Of a stretch of DNA of 25,150 bases, positions 23,224 to 25,150 are shown piece after piece. The translations under genes were made by a program, and so were the position numbers. The DNA comes from a virus. Lineage: Duplodnaviria > Caudoviricetes. Positions within the stretch are counted from its first letter, which is position 1. Every line of letters begins with the position of its first letter. The stretch lies in IMG/VR virus record IMGVR_UViG_3300005805_000452, positions 1 through 25,150 of that record; one strand, written 5' to 3'. The notes under the pieces were generated by a model that made no database searches, had not been told where the DNA came from, and was given only the letters and a program-made list of their open reading frames with translations.

Positions 23224-24066
23224 TCAGCCGAACATCTTCTTCCAGGTAACTGGGCCGACAACACCGTCAGCAAGCAACCCGTTTCGGGTCTGCCAGTCCT
23301 TCACCCGACGCTCCGTAACGGAACCAAAATCTCCGTCCGGCGTAGCACCCACGACTGCCTGAACCAACTTTACAGAATCGCCCTTCGAACCCAACTTCAA
23401 CGGAGTCCCAGGATAGGCAAAAACCAATACCGGTGTGGGCTGCGGCGACGGTATCACATTGACACCACTCTCATAGGCTAACACAGCCTGAGGAATATTG
23501 TCGCCCGCCACATACCGCCAATGCCACGGTTCCGACTGCAACTCAGCCGAAATGCCGTATCGTCCGGCGTTTGCCACAAGCCACTGCACCCACTGAGAAC
23601 GGATCGCATCAGGAGCCGAATCGGTGTCATATTCTTCGGCAAGGTCGAGAGCCAATCCGAGCCCATGATTGGAATTCCCTGGGGTTGCGGCAGTGGCCGG
23701 ATAGGAACCATTAATCAATTTCTTCACCCAATAGATAGACGAATAGCCGTGCCTTGTCGCCTCGCTCCACTGTTTACGATGCTGAGAAGGGGTTGCTGAA
23801 AATGTAGCCGACGAGGTTTCTTGATAGCGACTCAAAAAAAGGTTGAGTTGCTGCTGAAAGGTCCGATAGTGGCCGACCTGCCGTGGCTCAAAGCCGCCCT
23901 TGCGCATCTCTGCCAACATTGCTCGAAAGGCGCGGGCCGCGGTCTTCTCCATCAAAGCACCTGGGACGCCAATTTCTGTTAGCAAAGTTGACGGCAACTT
24001 TCCGTTCTCGACACCGTTAAGAGTTGATGGACGGACCAGGGGGACGATAGGCAAAGTGATCGACAT
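23224..24066 (-). CDS. Endolysin: M15 (VanY-like) peptidase plus peptidoglycan-binding domain
   Basis: YR...QQ, ATPG.SNHG.GLA.D, EPWHW.Y; C-terminal LK.GS.G..V..VQ..DG.FG..T...V..WQ...GL.ADGVVGP.TW; GGAGG RBS. Confidence 0.9.
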   Translation of the reverse strand: MSITLPIVPLVRPSTLNGVENGKLPSTLLTEIGVPGALMEKTAARAFRAMLAEMRKGGFEPRQVGHYRTFQQQLNLFLSRYQETSSATFSATPSQHRKQWSEATRHGYSSIYWVKKLINGSYPATAATPGNSNHGLGLALDLAEEYDTDSAPDAIRSQWVQWLVANAGRYGISAELQSEPWHWRYVAGDNIPQAVLAYESGVNVIPSPQPTPVLVFAYPGTPLKLGSKGDSVKLVQAVVGATPDGDFGSVTERRVKDWQTRNGLLADGVVGPVTWKKMFG

Positions 24067-24121
24067 GATGAACCTCCACAATAATTATACCCAAGGGGAG
24101 ATGGTTTTGCTGGACTAGATG

Positions 24122-24877
24122 TCAGGTTTGTGGGCGACGCCACTCGGGAGGAAAATTTCCTTCTTGAAGATACAACGGAAAGGTGTCATCTATTTCAACA
24201 GGAATTAGTTTTTCACCTAACACATGGTAACCCTCATAATAAAGACGTTCACCCATATCTCGAATATACGACTGAACAGAATCTTCGGTGTGAGAAAAAG
24301 CGGCAGCCTTCTTCCGAATCATCTCCGGCCCACCAAGCCATGAAAAATGCCAGCCGCCACGAATCCGCGGAGCATATACACGGCAATTACGAAAATCAGT
24401 CATACTGATCTTGCGAACCAAACCCGCGCGAGCGACCACAGTCCCCTGCCAACTATCTGGATATCGCCAGTCAACTGCCATCGAATAAAAATCCTGATCG
24501 AAAACGCTGACGCCATCACCGACGAAACGCTCAAGGTTTTCCCCTATTGACAGCGGGACAATTTCGTCAACATCCCCATGCAAAATAATATCATTGTCAG
24601 AAAAACATTCCAAAGGTTTTATGATCGCTTCTCGCGACGCACGCTCCCGTTCCCACGGATTATCTGTCTCAGGCATATCAGCCTTCACATACAGAATCTG
24701 CTTCCAATATTTACGAAAACGATTCTTATTCTCCTCAAAAACAAGGGACTTGCGGACGCCCTGAAAAGTTACAGGAGATTCAACCAAAACAAACCAGTCA
24801 ACAAAACCAGACATTTCAGCCAAACGGAACTCAAGCATGTCAAGTTCCCACCCGAAAAGAAAAGTATCAATAACCAT
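24122..24877 (-). CDS. Glycosyltransferase family 17-like protein
   Basis: ELD.LE.RL.E...VD.FVLVES..TF.G..K, DVDEI, GWHFSWLGG. Confidence 0.85.
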   Translation of the reverse strand: MVIDTFLFGWELDMLEFRLAEMSGFVDWFVLVESPVTFQGVRKSLVFEENKNRFRKYWKQILYVKADMPETDNPWERERASREAIIKPLECFSDNDIILHGDVDEIVPLSIGENLERFVGDGVSVFDQDFYSMAVDWRYPDSWQGTVVARAGLVRKISMTDFRNCRVYAPRIRGGWHFSWLGGPEMIRKKAAAFSHTEDSVQSYIRDMGERLYYEGYHVLGEKLIPVEIDDTFPLYLQEGNFPPEWRRPQT

Positions 24878-25150
24878 TACAAAGCCGAAGTGAAGCGTCG
24901 GTCAATAACAAACATCAACTCGTCATTAATAGAATTTCGTCCAGGCACCCAACGCCTATCAATACAAAAACTATTCAATTTGAAATGATCTGGAACGCAG
25001 TCCGCAAGAATCGGAATCCAGTCAGCATGAGGGATATCTTCAACAACAAGAACTGAAGACTCAGACATTAGATAAGAATACTTGGAAACAAAAAACTTCT
25101 GTGACTCAAGAGAATGAGGCCCGTCATCAATCAAAACATCAAACTTTAAA
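24877..25150 (-). CDS. Class I SAM-dependent methyltransferase, C-terminal part (5' end outside window)
   Basis: FDVLIDDGPH and VVEDI motifs typical of Methyltransf_24-like enzymes. Confidence 0.75.
   Translation of the reverse strand, partial: LKFDVLIDDGPHSLESQKFFVSKYSYLMSESSVLVVEDIPHADWIPILADCVPDHFKLNSFCIDRRWVPGRNSINDELMFVIDRRFTSAL

Overview
A 25 kb segment of a tailed dsDNA phage, very probably infecting an actinobacterium (WhiB gene, leaderless starts, M15 peptidase/PG-binding endolysin). About 1-13.6 kb is an early/accessory region of roughly 30 small, mostly + strand hypothetical genes, with at least 12 sigma70/SigA-type promoters (consensus GATTTGAC-N15/16-TGATAG[A/T/G][A/G]T) and an AGAAAGGAAA ribosome-binding site; it includes a MoxR/CbbQ-type AAA ATPase plus HEXXH-VWA partner. 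About 13.6-18.6 kb holds Nmad1/DUF1599, a replication module (initiator-like protein, G39P-like loader, primase-helicase), a TerS-like HTH protein and three ribbon-helix-helix genes. About 18.7-25.1 kb holds a C1 peptidase, WhiB, a metallophosphoesterase, a winged-helix protein, the endolysin, a GT17 glycosyltransferase and a partial methyltransferase. The strongest unexplained signals are non-coding: (i) six copies of a ~27-nt H-type pseudoknot motif with covariation, five sitting just after TGA stops; (ii) three composite modules about 4.2 kb apart (GTGCGCGT repeats, ACGGTG.G.ATATGT box, promoters), each at an AC-rich to GT-rich strand switch; (iii) an extreme skew inversion inside a gene near 19.2 kb; (iv) eight helically phased A-tracts near 17.95 kb; (v) several candidate structured RNAs. 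All protein family calls come from motif recognition by eye, not database searches.
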